A DNA stretch of 62,447 bases, the filler included, from Globobulimina sp. (lineage: Eukaryota): NCBI GenBank assembly GCA_003354225.1. It is 15 parts of 15 records of this genome, joined end to end, with 100 filler letters (N's around TTAATTAATTAA, not from the genome) between each part and the next. Parts side by side here need not be neighbours in the genome. Positions count along the whole stretch, not along the records: positions 20,874 to 24,945 come from PIVH01001652.1; positions 25,046 to 29,116 come from PIVH01001653.1; positions 29,217 to 33,286 come from PIVH01001654.1; positions 33,387 to 37,455 come from PIVH01001655.1; 11 more parts are not named here. One strand, given 5' to 3'. The notes below the pieces were generated by a model. That model made no database searches, was not told the DNA's origin, and saw nothing but the letters and a program-made list of their open reading frames with translations. The position numbers and the translations under genes were made by a program. Within the stretch, counting starts at the first letter, position 1; every line of letters begins with the position of its first letter. This document shows positions 24,666-37,555 of the stretch, piece after piece.

Positions 24666-24810
24666 GGATTTGGGGTCTTGGATGACCACAGATTGGATGA
24701 AAAAATTGAAAAAAGAAAAAAAATGAATTTGGAAAGAAAGGATTTGGGGTCTTGGATGACCACAGATTGGATGAAAAAATTGGGAAAAAAAAAGAAAAAA
24801 TGAATTGGAT
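24666..24810. repeat. Tandem direct repeat, period 74 bp
   Basis: ggatttggggtcttggatgaccacagattggatgaaaaaattg is identical at 24666 and 24740. Confidence 0.9.
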
Positions 24811-25310
24811 TTGGATGAATGACAAACCTTTATTATACAGCTTTATGTTGGTCCAATGAGTATTTATTATGGGAAAAATATGTGCCTGATAACGGTAAAA
24901 TTTATAATTTTATCGTGTCACATGAAATCGCACCCAAATCAAAGGNNNNNNNNNNNNNNNNNNNNNNNNNNNNNNNNNNNNNNNNNNNNTTAATTAATTA
25001 ANNNNNNNNNNNNNNNNNNNNNNNNNNNNNNNNNNNNNNNNNNNNATCAAATTAACATTTTTTTTTTTTTTGTTTTCTTTGCTAATTAACATTTTATCTA
25101 TTTAGTTATCATAGATATTATCGACCTAATCGGTACCCCTCTCATTCACCACATAATCAAACCAAATACCAATACAATTCACAAAAACCACGCGGTCCCG
25201 GTCCATTCCCGCCGTATTATCCAAATAATAACAATCAGAATAGCAACAGTAATGGTTGCAATCACAATAATGCAAACAGCCGAAATAATAGCAATCATAA
25301 CAATCACCAT

Positions 25311-28300
25311 ATGAATGGTAAAAAATACAAATATAATCATACGCATACGCATCATGCACATAATATCCATGGCCATGGCCATGGCCATAGCCATAGCCAT
25401 CCGCATAATAACAGACGAAGCGACGATAGAATGCTTCATGTCACCTCCTGTTTGATGGCGTCCTCGGATGCATCGCCTGATGATGAAGTCTCTGATGATC
25501 AAATTGATAATAAAATTAAAGATAATGATGGCTCCCACAAATATCACCGGTTTACGGATCAACAGTACCATCTCAATAAAAGTCAAATCACTAAACTCGT
25601 ACAGATATTTGGACAAAAGCATGAGATTCACGACAAGTTGAAAACGAAAGATCGTAATCGAGATTTCTCAGTTATTACTTTTTTCTTTTCTTCTTCTTCT
25701 TTTTCTATCCTTGCACATTGCCCTGTAATATTACTGATATACAGACAATTTTAGCCCGATTTTTATTGAGTTTATTATGTCGATTGGAAGCGTGTGGAGT
25801 GGACGGCCTTATCATTGGCCCCATATTATTGGGTGGTGGTGCCGCTGCCTATGTGTTGGACGAGCATAGTGAGCCAAAACTAGTCTATAACAATATCAAT
25901 GTAAATGTAAATAAAGATAACAATATAAACGGCATAGACAAAAATGTGGCCGCTGACATGAATAATAATAACAAACAGTCCTATCCGCCTTTGCATTATA
26001 ACGACGTTGATATTATGCTAGAAATTGAGTTTGAAGACTGGGATGATTTGGTTTTAAAATGGCAACAAAATGATAAGTCATTAGCCTACAGAAACGAGAA
26101 AGAACATCACATTGCGGTGTATGCGGCGATCCGCACTGCGTTCCTTGAGTCCTTACGTGAGTTTGCACCCAAAGACATGCAAAATATGGATATTGAAGAC
26201 ATATGTTCCAGCTACCTCGACACACAGAAGAGGTTTGTATGTGGCGACGAAGACAGCAACGGCGGTAATAGCGATTGTTGGGCCATTTACAGCGGCAATC
26301 ACGACCGCGGGCATTATTTAGATTTAGTATTTATCCATAAAATGAAGCGACGGTATACCTTTCCAACAGATTCGTTCCGTATAAAAATCTCAAAAACAGC
26401 GTTGGAAGTCATATCTGAATCCATCAGAAAACACGAGCGAAAGTATAAAGCGCAACAATTTGAGAAGAGGCATCGTTCCAATTCATACCCTTCATTGTCA
26501 CATTTGAAAGAAAAAAGGAATGGTTTAGATCAACAACGACGCGACAACAAAGAAAAAGGCAATTCGACAGAGATTGCGCATCCAGACCTTGAGCCCTCAC
26601 CACAGCCACAGCCACAGCCCAACCCGCAGCCACAACCACAAGCAGCGCCACCGGGTATTACTGGACATTTGGTCTATCACACCTTCGGGAGACAATATAT
26701 GAATGGCGCACCACCTCTATTACACACATTACACCCACGCCATCCATTTTATTCCTATCGACTACCCCCAAAACAGATACATATGCCTCAGATTCATCGA
26801 GAGCTGAACTGGTCCACTTTAGCCGACACTTTGTGCGCAAGGACGCTACGCTTCAATGCCTATGCCTTATGTGGTGATTTTGAGAAAGCGCGCGAGAATT
26901 TATGTAAACGCAATATCGGCAAAGTACATAATCCAGAAAAGATTCATGGCGGTGGTTTCTTTAAATACTGCGATTTGATCTCGAAACAATGGCAACGCTC
27001 CGAGAAATTAGAGAAGTTTTTATGGATCCGGTTATCGTGGGATATCGATATAAATCATCAGAGTATGAATAGTAACGGCAGTGAGGATATGAATAAGCAC
27101 AACAATCGGTATCATTATATGAATGACTTGAAGGATATTGATCGGACCTTAGCCACTTACATACGGAGACATTATAAGAATCGACCGCTTCATGCCACAA
27201 AGTTCTTGAATTGTTTAGAAAATGTAATTAAAGATTTACGACAAGACGATGCTGCATTGGAGGTGTTATCGCATCACATTCATCGATTGCGAGCAAAGCT
27301 GGATCGACATTTACATGAACAAAATAAGCATTTACTTGAACAAAACCAAAGCCATTCCGTACATAAGTCACCGCCAATGATCCATCATCATCCACACGCA
27401 CATCCTATACACCATCCCCATGCGCATATGCCGCCACATATACATCCCGCCCCACCACCTCCATTGCATCCAGCTGCGCCATTTCCGCCCTTACCCAATG
27501 GCGCACCTATTATGACGCCCAATGGTGTATTAATGAATCAGCATTTTGCCCATATATTGCACCATGGCAAACAGCTACAATCAATACAGCGCAGTATGTT
27601 TCCCAACCAACCGGCACCTCCGCCTCCGCCACAACCACCGCATACCACACATACACATACCGCACAAATACCACCACCCCCACCACCGCATAGACAGCCA
27701 TTGATATTTCCTGCGCCTGCGCCATTAGCTTATCTCAGGAATAACAATAATAACAATAATGCCAATGGGAGCAGCAGCAACAATAATAATAATAATAATA
27801 ATAGTGGTGGTGGTAATACATTGCAACAAATGCATCACGAATTTCAACAAAGATATAATAGTAACGAATGGGTCCATTTATACAATGGGCATAATGCACC
27901 AGCTCCTGTGGCCCGGAAAGCGTACCATATTGTACCCAATAGCTTGGTCAATTTGAATTTAAGCAATCCTTCAAATGCCACTGCCGGTAAATCAGCCGAG
28001 ATGAATAGGAATAAAAATCTTACCATCGGCAATATTATACAGAGTTATATTCCAAATAACAATCTGATGACTGCTGCGACTGCCACTGGTAATGACAGTT
28101 TAAATGATGAAAAAGAAGAGTTAATGCTTAAAATTGATATCCCTACACCACCTTTACAGGAATTACAGCTTATGGATGAGCAGAGTCAGAGCGCGAGGCC
28201 CAAGGAGCTGAAAACTAAACGAAGACAAAGAGTGGAGGAAGAAAAACAGGAATTTCCATCCACTCCATCCTCCATCGACTCTGCTGAGTTAAATGAGATA

Positions 28301-29116
28301 AATATTGATATCAATCTGGATTTAGCCGATAACACTAATACGCAAAGCGTTGTTGGCGACCAACAGAATGTGCCAAACACAACTATAACAGACGAAGGTG
28401 TTACAACTAACTGCTCAGTGTCGTCTGTGTTACCATCATCTGAAGGTATTATAACAAATGCCAATTCGAATGCGAATGCGAATGCAAATGCAAAACCAGT
28501 GATTTTAACCAATCCAATTTATAATCAATTAGTGACAGGAACTGGAATTGCAAGTGGTGGTAATCCGGCCACTGTTACATCGTATCAAGGAAGGCGATTT
28601 TTTCAAGTCAATGGTCAGACCTATCAGTTCCCTGTTAATTATTTTAAGTTTGTATTGGTTCCACAGCAACAACAACAGCAACAGCAACACACACAGAGAA
28701 GAGTATTTGTGCCACCACCACAACATAATACAAATAATATCGTACAATATGTGGTAAATAATAATGATGACAATAAAAACGCACATAACCAGACTCAAAA
28801 TAATCAGAACAGTAATTTGAATAATCCGAACAATGAGAATATGAATTCATCCGTATCACCACCACCACCTCATTCTGGATGTTCACAATCATTTAACAAA
28901 GGTGTTGTATATCAACAACAAATTGAAAACAATTTACAATCAATACATTTTCAAGCACCGTCACCACCGCAACAACAGACGCAAACAACACACAAAAAGC
29001 AACAAACACAAACACATATAATACCGCATCAATACCATCATGTGTCGCAACCACAGCCACAGCCACAACCGCACCAATCGCCATTTATACTCCATCCGCA
29101 TTTAATTTCGCAGCAA
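25311..29116 (+). CDS. TENT5/FAM46-like terminal nucleotidyltransferase with long low-complexity C-terminus, intron 25671-25744, 3'-partial
   Basis: GGGAAAYVL, YNDVDI, DCWAIYS, LDLVFI..MKRRYTFPTDSF.I, GDFEKA..L, PEKIHGGGFFKYCDL match the FAM46 block order (GSAASHVL, YKDLDL, DRWSLIS, VELKFV..RRQFEFSVDSF, GDF..A, PEEIRGGGLLKY). Confidence 0.8.
25706..25716 (+). promoter_or_regulatory. Recurrent motif TATCCTTGCAC (copy 3)
   Basis: Inside the TENT5-like intron, sense strand, after a long pyrimidine tract. Confidence 0.6.
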
Positions 29117-29760
29117 NNNNNNNNNNNNNNNNNNNNNNNNNNNNNNNNNNNNNNNNNNNNTTAATTAATTAANNNNNNNNNNNNNNNNNNNNNNNNNNNN
29201 NNNNNNNNNNNNNNNNACCATCTGCGGGATTTTCCCAAAGAGTTATTGCCCATGGTCAGCATATTTAGTTACAAAGTGAAGCACTCAAATGTTAGTAAAA
29301 ATAGAAAATTTAAATGTTGATTGAAGAAATGAACTAAAAGCAAAAACCCTATTGTGATCTAAATGATTTACTCAAACAAATTTTACTTAAACATCTAAGA
29401 TATAAAAACTGATATTTAGTCTCGACAGACATCATTTACATCTTAGTGTTTTGGGATATAACATCAAATATATAACAGCAAAGAAGTGAATTTGAGAATG
29501 AATGCATCAGAAACTATGTATACGATTGGATTGACATGGAGTACATACTTTGAAATTATGAGTGATATTAAACAATCTGCATACAACTTATTCTGACAAT
29601 TTATATCATAAATCGAATTAATAAAAAGCATCATACGGTTGGTAGCTGTAAATAAAAAGCATCAATATAAGGCAGGAATATCGCAATACATTTTTATAAT
29701 TGATTTACGCACTGCTTTTATTGCACGGAACAACAGTTTTTAGAGAAAGTTTAGTTAATA

Positions 29761-30666
29761 ATGAATGTCTCTGTGAATCAATCTGATATTTCAGAGTTAA
29801 TGCATCTTTGCAATGTGGGCCAAAAAATCGCTGAGAGAATCATTGACTGTCGTAAAAAGCAACGTTTTTTAGATTGGAATGATGTTGTTTCTCGAGTGAG
29901 AGGTGTCTCATCAGTGATGATTTCGAACTGGAAACAACAACAAAACATCGTCTTATCAATAAATAAACCAAATGTCGACGTCATGTTTAATACTCATATT
30001 CTGGGCATGTCATGTTTAATGCTGACATTTATGATTATGATTGGTACAATGCTTTACAATTGGAATAGTAAGCAAAATGATGGCAGAATTATTGTGAATT
30101 TTGAATGTTTGAGAGATAGTGATTGCGATAAAGAATTAAATGAAAGATGTTTACCGGGGAAACTGTTTGGATTACAAGCAAGTTTTTATGATAATGAAGA
30201 GAAAATTTGGATTAAAAGTAGGTTTGGATTGCAGAAGTTGTCTGAAAACGAACAATTGAAACAAACAATCACTGAGTCCGGACTTCAATTATCAGCCAGA
30301 AAATGTTGGAAAATTGTGGGGAAAATTGAAGATGAATATGGTTCGCAAATAGCACAAATATGCGACATTGAGAACAATTTAACTTGTGTTTATGATAGAT
30401 GTCGTGGCACGGATCAAACAAATTTTCTTTCATGGAATATTATGGGAGAAAGATTTAAATTTCTTGTTGATTTCAGGTTATTTCAAACCAGATTTGATTT
30501 CAAGTTATTTCAAGACTGTGCCTCATTGGAAGAGTGCTTCAGTTATGAAGTTCTTCAAAACTTTAAGATGAATATCGATAACTGGATCACTAACGGAATC
30601 AGCATTATTGACAGAAGATCCCTTCGAAGCCAATGGATGTACGAATCATTCTTAAATTGTACATAA
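29761..30666 (+). CDS. Protein with N-terminal ComEA-type helix-hairpin-helix domain, TM and Cys-containing C-terminal region
   Basis: VSVNQSDISELMHLCNVGQKIAERII..R....F....D....VRGV followed by a hydrophobic segment. Confidence 0.6.
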   Translation: MNVSVNQSDISELMHLCNVGQKIAERIIDCRKKQRFLDWNDVVSRVRGVSSVMISNWKQQQNIVLSINKPNVDVMFNTHILGMSCLMLTFMIMIGTMLYNWNSKQNDGRIIVNFECLRDSDCDKELNERCLPGKLFGLQASFYDNEEKIWIKSRFGLQKLSENEQLKQTITESGLQLSARKCWKIVGKIEDEYGSQIAQICDIENNLTCVYDRCRGTDQTNFLSWNIMGERFKFLVDFRLFQTRFDFKLFQDCASLEECFSYEVLQNFKMNIDNWITNGISIIDRRSLRSQWMYESFLNCT

Positions 30667-30928
30667 ATGACTAGAATATTATGTTTTTTATTTGTTTGAA
30701 AAATAGCGGACTTGTAAACAGAAGAAGTTTAGCGGACTTGTATCAGTTCAATATTTTAAAAATGCACGCCATTGATAATACGGCGGAAATAACTTAACAA
30801 AAGAAAAATAAAATACAAAGACAAATATTTATAATACTTAATATAAAACATAATAAAAAAACAAATACAACTAAACACTCAGGTGCAGTCATCATGTCTT
30901 TATAATTAAAAGAAAAATTGCTTTAGAA

Positions 30929-32196
30929 TTATACGGATGGATAAGATGGTTCCATCAATATGCCACATTCTCCAGAATTTCCATTCTTACCGCAATGTTT
31001 ACAAATTAATATATATCCATTCATTCCTATACGCACAAAAAAACAAAATCCATTCCACAAATATTGCGAATTTGCGTATATACAAAATACAACATACCCC
31101 ATGAAGCACCCCAACTGTTCTTCACTTTCCAATACTGCTGACTTCCCGAGGTACCATAACCAACCGCCAAAACACCATGATCTAATCGGGTACCACACGT
31201 ACCGTCCAATATACCACCCGAATAATGTTGAAATGCGGTCTGATCAGCTTCAATGGCAATGCTTACAGGTCCTTCAGCTACGGCGGCTTCTAATGAAGTC
31301 TCGCTATTTGCACTCACATCTTTATACCCTGTGATTGCATCATATTTAGTACCACACGTCGACGATTTGCAAGCTCCATCCCTCGCTGTATACGCATACT
31401 CCGACGTACTGCATAAACCACCGACTGCTTTGATATATTTGAATGCATTGTCCATTAAGCCACCATTGCATCCATTGTTGCCATACGAACCGGAACAATC
31501 TGCACAAACACAACGCGTACATGAGAATTTGCGACAATATGTGTACATTACATACCTACTAATTGTTGCTCTGATAAACTGGTAATACTTGCACCAGTTT
31601 GTTGATGTGCAATGGCATAACGCGATTCTAAGGCGCCAGTGGAGGAAAATGCCTATGTAGATATTATATGTGCGATTTCGCGTATATTAGATGTGAATAT
31701 ATGGCCATACCCAACATGAACCACAACTTCCTTGGTTTTTAACAGGGGTCACATAATTACCATTGTTATTGGTCCAATCAATGGAGTCTGGCGCATCAAC
31801 CTCGGGCGTGATGGGTGTCATCGCCACTCTCTGTCTCACAGTTCTTTTGAGCATACATGATTCACTATGGCCATGGATATATAATCGAAATTCCTCACTG
31901 GTCATATCACTGAATTGATTTACACGCATTGTGAATGTACGGCCGCCCGCAATGTTAAAATCATTAATCATTTTCCAGTTTTCTAAAAAGGTAATAAATG
32001 CAGCCGCTTCTGCTGGCATATCTAAATATACTTTGTTGAATTCTTGTTTCCATGATTCAAAGGCTGCGGCATGATCCAAATTGTCCCAATCGAAGGTAAT
32101 TTCTTGTCTCCACGCTTCGTTCATTGATAGTGCACCATAGGGATTCTGGTCGAAGCCAAATGCTACACCTAATAATAATGCGATAATGGCTTTCAT
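30929..32196 (-). CDS. Cathepsin L-like papain-family protease (C1A), 4 exons
   Basis: Signal peptide, I29 propeptide (NQFSDMT), QGSCGSCWAFS, LDHGVLAVGYG, YWKVKNSWG. Introns 31653-31710, 31500-31555 and 31027-31097. Confidence 0.95.
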
Positions 32197-32399
32197 GGTT
32201 GGGGTTGCTTTTAGATGCTTTGTTGCTAAGGTAGGAGAATGATCAGGAGACGCAAGAAACGATGGGAAAGAAAGCAAGCGGCGAAAAAAAACTTTTTAAT
32301 TCAAGGAATGCAGCTTAAATCTTCAAAATACTAAAAAATCCGAAAATATATTTCAAAATTGGAAAACACATATTTGTTGAATAAGAGAGATAAAACAGT

Positions 32400-32960
32400 T
32401 TATTTTGCATTTGAATTCATCCAATCGTCAATGAAATACTTTGCTTGAATTGTTGGACAATTAAACATTTTTGAAAATAAAATAACATCACATTTCTCAT
32501 TATTTTCCATTTCAATATTGATAAATGCATTGATTGTGTTTAATAACGTTTGTTGCTTTAAAAAACGTAAAATATGCATCCAAAGTTCCTCAGTTTGCAT
32601 TTCATTTAAATTAAATATTCGTTTTATATCACTTCCTTTAATTATTTGACCCTTTTCAATTTTATATGATAACCATGAAAAAATATTAATTGAACTATTT
32701 CCATGTTTTTGATTGGAATCACTCTGTTTTTCTATCTTATAATCAAAATCCAATGCCACTCGAATGGTTTCATTGCTCATTTCAATGTATTTACTGTTTA
32801 TCTCTATATCCATTTGATTTTCATGTTTAATCTGCTTATTTTCAGTAAATTTTGGTTTTTCATCGATTTCCATTTTATGGCTTGTCTCATGATTATATTT
32901 GTATTGATATTCATATTTATTTGTTTTATAATTAATAATTGGTTGTTCATTCAGTTTCAA
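32400..32960 (-). CDS. Hypothetical protein (5' end uncertain)
   Basis: 186-aa ORF in very AT-rich DNA; no motif recognised. Confidence 0.4.
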   Translation of the reverse strand: MKLNEQPIINYKTNKYEYQYKYNHETSHKMEIDEKPKFTENKQIKHENQMDIEINSKYIEMSNETIRVALDFDYKIEKQSDSNQKHGNSSINIFSWLSYKIEKGQIIKGSDIKRIFNLNEMQTEELWMHILRFLKQQTLLNTINAFINIEMENNEKCDVILFSKMFNCPTIQAKYFIDDWMNSNAK

Positions 32961-34072
32961 TTGTCGTTTTTTATGAGTTTTCTGTTTTTATTTTTTTGTA
33001 CATGTTTGGTTTTCGAATAGAATTTGAATAATATTAAATATAATGAGCATACCATATGAGCGTTTAATTGTAAATGTGTGTTGAAGAATTTCCTCCCACA
33101 AATTTGGCAAATCCACACATTTGTGTTAGCGGTATGTTTGTTAGCTTTCTTTGTGTGATTTGAATAATTGGTTGCCTATATAGTCGATATTGTTTCTGAG
33201 TTTGGTATTTAGGGACAAAAATTATCTATAAATTGCAAATTGTTATTTGTTAATTGTTACCGATAACTTATTGTCCATTGTTCTGANNNNNNNNNNNNNN
33301 NNNNNNNNNNNNNNNNNNNNNNNNNNNNNNTTAATTAATTAANNNNNNNNNNNNNNNNNNNNNNNNNNNNNNNNNNNNNNNNNNNNTGGTTCAAATATCA
33401 AATGCAAAATGAATTGCATCAAAGCCAAAAATATCAATTGCTGCATAATGTAACTTTTGCGATGCGCCATTTTGGACTGGATATGGATATTATGAACAAT
33501 ACCAATGAGTACATGGCTGCATTGTCTCTTAATGTGAGTGGTGAACAAGAGGTGGTAACACAACCTATATATCATCTTTTGAGCGAAAAAACATATAATT
33601 TGGCAGTCAATCATTATTGGCAAGATTATGTTTGTTTCAATTATATATCGCAAGATTACAATACTTTTCAGCAATCATTTAATAGATAGAATTATAGGAT
33701 TATGAAATATTTAGTTTGATGACTTTGATCATGATGGAATCTGATAGCGGTGGAATATTCAAAATTGCGCATATAATGCCATATATGACTATATGTGGTA
33801 GTAACCAACTTTTCTTTTGTAAATAAATTTTTAAAAAATATACTGCGTTTAGTGAGGAAAAATGTTAAATAATACAACTTCTCCATGGTTTTGTTATTGG
33901 AGATTGAGCAAAATTGAATGTGCTAATATAAGAAATTTAATTAATTATACGAATAAAAACTTATTTAATGTGCGAATATGTATCCCTTAGAAATATATAA
34001 ACAAATTAACCACAAAAAAACAAAACAAACGGAATATCATTTTAATTCATTTAGAATTTTTTTTGAGTGAAT

Positions 34073-34764
34073 TTATTTTTGACCAAAGAATTTTGCCATA
34101 TCACCAAAGGCAGTTTTCTTTTTATATCTGCTATCTTCAATAACTTGGATCTTTGCATCGTTGCTAAAATCAGAGGTCCATTCAACAAATGTCTGTGCTT
34201 CACAATCAGTGGGATTTGTTACTTTCCGTACTTGAATTTGATGAGTTGCACTTGAGTATGACACACTATTTAGTAATATTTTTTTATTTAATATTTATTT
34301 TACATTTATATATTGCGAAATTGCGAGTGATCAAAACCACGATGCAATTAAACATACGCTGGATCTGACGAAACCACGGTGTATGCTACAACCCGACGTA
34401 AATCTGATATTTCCATGATTTGTACGGTTTGTTTAGTACCATCGGCATAGTTAATTGTTCTCGTTCCTCCCACACTGATTGTATAGATTGTATTTTGTGG
34501 TAAAAACCAAATCAAATTAAGAACAAAGTGTACCTGCTTGGCTCACCATCAATTTCTGTTTTTTTGACATCTGATGCCCAGTCAAACTGTAATGTTGTGT
34601 ATATTGTATAGCTAAAAATAACAAACATGCATAATATTATATTTATATTAACTAACAGTGACTGCGCGAACGGCCGTCCATACAACATCAACATCGACAT
34701 TTAATACTGCTGATTCCCAAACACGTGCTGATGATGGAATGTCTTGTTGTTTTTGTTCTGCCAT
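34073..34764 (-). CDS. SRPBCC/Bet v1-like (polyketide cyclase-like) protein, 4 exons
   Basis: Spliced product ARVWESAVLN..VDVVW..VR|FDW..|VGGTRTI.YADGTKQ..|..TFVEWTSDFSNDA..VIEDSRYKK. Missed as one ORF because of the introns. Confidence 0.8.
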
Positions 34765-34870
34765 AATATATAATCTATTGATTTATTTGATTACGTTGCT
34801 GCAGCAATGATACCTGAAATGTGGATAGTTTTTTTTGTGAAGAAAAGTTTTCAGCTTCTAGCTCACAATA

Positions 34871-36169
34871 ATGAAAGCTGTAATAGTTGTCGTGTTAGCA
34901 ATTACGCTGCTTCATGTTCAAGAAGCGGTATATTCAACACCCAAAATGGCAGAGGCATGGAAACGAGAAATAACACATGATTTTGAAAATTTGGACCATG
35001 CAAATGCATTCAAAAACTGGCAAAAAGCATTTAATAAAAAATACTTTGATTTGAAAGAAGAAGGACATCGATTCATGATATTTTTGCAAAATTGGAAAAT
35101 GATCAACGAATTTAACATTGCAAGAAATAGAAATTTTACCCTCAGATTAAATCAGTTTGCTGATTTAAATGGAGAGGAATTTAAATATTATGTTCATGGC
35201 CATACAGGCTCATGTTTGAAACATCAAACTGTTGAAACAAACGCAACAAAACAACCAAAAAAAATAACAAATATGGATGCTCCCGATTCAATCGATTGGA
35301 CAAATTACAATGGTAATAATTATGTAACTCCCGTTAAAAATCAGGAGCAGTGTGGAAGTTGCTGGTATATAATATATATAAATATATGTTCACGTACATA
35401 ATTATTATACATTTTATATTGAATATAGGGCTTTTTCAGCAACTGGCTCAATTGAGTCACGCTCTGCGATTGCAAACCGACAGAGCGGTGCTGCTATTAT
35501 CCCATTATCAGAACAGCAATTAGTTGGTATGCATGCACTATGAATATACTGTTCCACATTGCAATTGTTGAGTTGTTTTATGTTTTAATTGTACAGATTG
35601 TTCGAGCGAGTATGGAAATCATGGCTGTAATGATGGTTCAATGGGTGATGCATTCAGATATATTATGGCCAGTGGCGGATTATGCTCTGAAAAGGAATAT
35701 CATTATAAAGGAAGACAGGGTACTTGCGAAGCATTGTCATGTGGCAACATATATGATGCAACAACTGGATATCAAGATGTTGTTCGAGAGTCGGAAGCAT
35801 CACTGGTGGAGTCATTGGTTGATGGACCAGTATCGATTGCTGTTGAAGCGGATCAATCTGCATTTCAGTTTTATTCGAGTGGGATCTTAGATGGATTGTG
35901 TGGTACTAAATTGGATCATGGTGTATTGGCTGTTGGCTATGGAACAGGGTCAGGTGAGGATTATTGGAAAGTAAAAAATAGTTGGGGACCATCATGGGTA
36001 TGTTTTAATACATTGTATCAACTCTTTTTGTTATTATATCGCTCAGTTGTTGTCGTTTGTTGATATGTAGGGTATGAATGGATACGTGTTAATTTGTAGG
36101 AATTGTGGTAAAAATGGTGGCAGCGGAGAGTGTGGCATATTGAGGCAGCCTTCATACCCCATTGTCTAG
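34871..36169 (+). CDS. Cathepsin L-like papain-family protease, paralogue of 30929..32196, 4 exons
   Basis: QEQCGSCWAFS, LDHGVLAVGYG, YWKVKNSWG; introns 35365-35428, 35527-35596 and 35998-36070; stop TAG 36167-36169. Confidence 0.95.
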
Positions 36170-36342
36170 TTTGATATATTTATTCTTAAAAGTCACCAAC
36201 AAAAAGTAAACTGCTTAAGTGTGAGGATGAATGTAATAATTAATTATATCAATAATTATTTAATCTCAATACTTGAATAAAAGAAATTTGTAAAATTAAG
36301 AAAACAAAATGATGTATGGTTATATTTCATTTCTACTAAATA

Positions 36343-37455
36343 TTAATTTGATTCCTCATCATCATTACCACCCACTTGCGTAGCAGAAATAGTCGCAAAT
36401 CCTCGTTTTCCTTTCTCGTCCGTAACCACATTGGTTGAAACTGCATCCTTTCCAACAATTCCTTTATCCGACATTTTATGGAACGAAATCTCGTCCTCTT
36501 GTTGTGATATTTTTAATTTCTGATTCCTATAAACATAATATCCAATCCCCAAAACCACCAATATCACAACCACCAATATACAAATCACGGCCACAAAGCG
36601 ACCTAATTTCGCAATTGTGGCTGCCTCCGTATCTCCGCCAGGCGCTGCCGTCGGCGATGCAGTCGGTTCATCAGAATCAATCTGCGCACAATAAACCCCT
36701 TTCCATCCCTCATCACATAAACAACGCACAAATTTCGCCTCCGGATCCGCGGCACAAATACCGGTCTGACTGCACACCGTAAATGCTTCCTTATTCTCCA
36801 AATCCGTCGTATTCGTCACACACTGATAAGGACAGGCAATGGCAGAGGTCATTGTGAATGAATAAATGACAGCTCCTCCTCCTCCACATACTCATACAAA
36901 TTCACAACAGTCTCTTCGTACGGATCGTACACTGATTATAAACAAAACACATAACGCCGTCAAACCAAAAGCGTTTCTCACAAATATACCATACCGGCAC
37001 TGTGATCTCTGGGACACACCAAATTAACCCTAAACTCTCTGTTTCTTTTCGCCTCCGCACACCACGAACCTTCGCCATACGTCACCGTTACGCCTCGCGT
37101 CGGATCGTCAATCTGGTCAAACAAATCCGCACTGGGACTGCCATTCGCAAATCGACCCAACAAATAACACTCCTTCGTCGCATTATTGGCTTGAAACACC
37201 AAGCCATGGCCATTCCATTCTTGCTCATAATCCAAACAATCGCCGCCACCGTCATACTCCGTGCACGGACCAATAATATCCCTACAAAACGCTGGCAACA
37301 CGTCACTGTTCATGGCAACCACCGGCTGCGTTATATACACATAATAGACCCAGGTTCGATCCCTGTCGTTATCAAAATCCTTATCATGCACTATATATAA
37401 GCCACCATTCTGCCCGGCGTGGCTCTGCTGGGCACCAAACGCACCCAAATCATAC
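36343..37455 (-). CDS. Mannose-6-phosphate-receptor-homology (MRH) domain + EGF + TM protein, 5'-partial, with an apparent 1-nt frameshift
   Basis: YDL, CYLLG, GVTVTYGEGSWC..R...VNLVC, Y.F.M.S.IACP; EGF CSQTGIC..CLCDEGWKGVYC; TM. One intron near 36932-36992. Confidence 0.7.
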
Positions 37456-37555
37456 NNNNNNNNNNNNNNNNNNNNNNNNNNNNNNNNNNNNNNNNNNNNT
37501 TAATTAATTAANNNNNNNNNNNNNNNNNNNNNNNNNNNNNNNNNNNNNNNNNNNN

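Noticed and set aside
24666-24810. Repeat-spacer-repeat as a CRISPR array
   Set aside because: Only two copies, the spacer is A-rich and itself partly repeated, there are no cas genes, and the context is eukaryotic.
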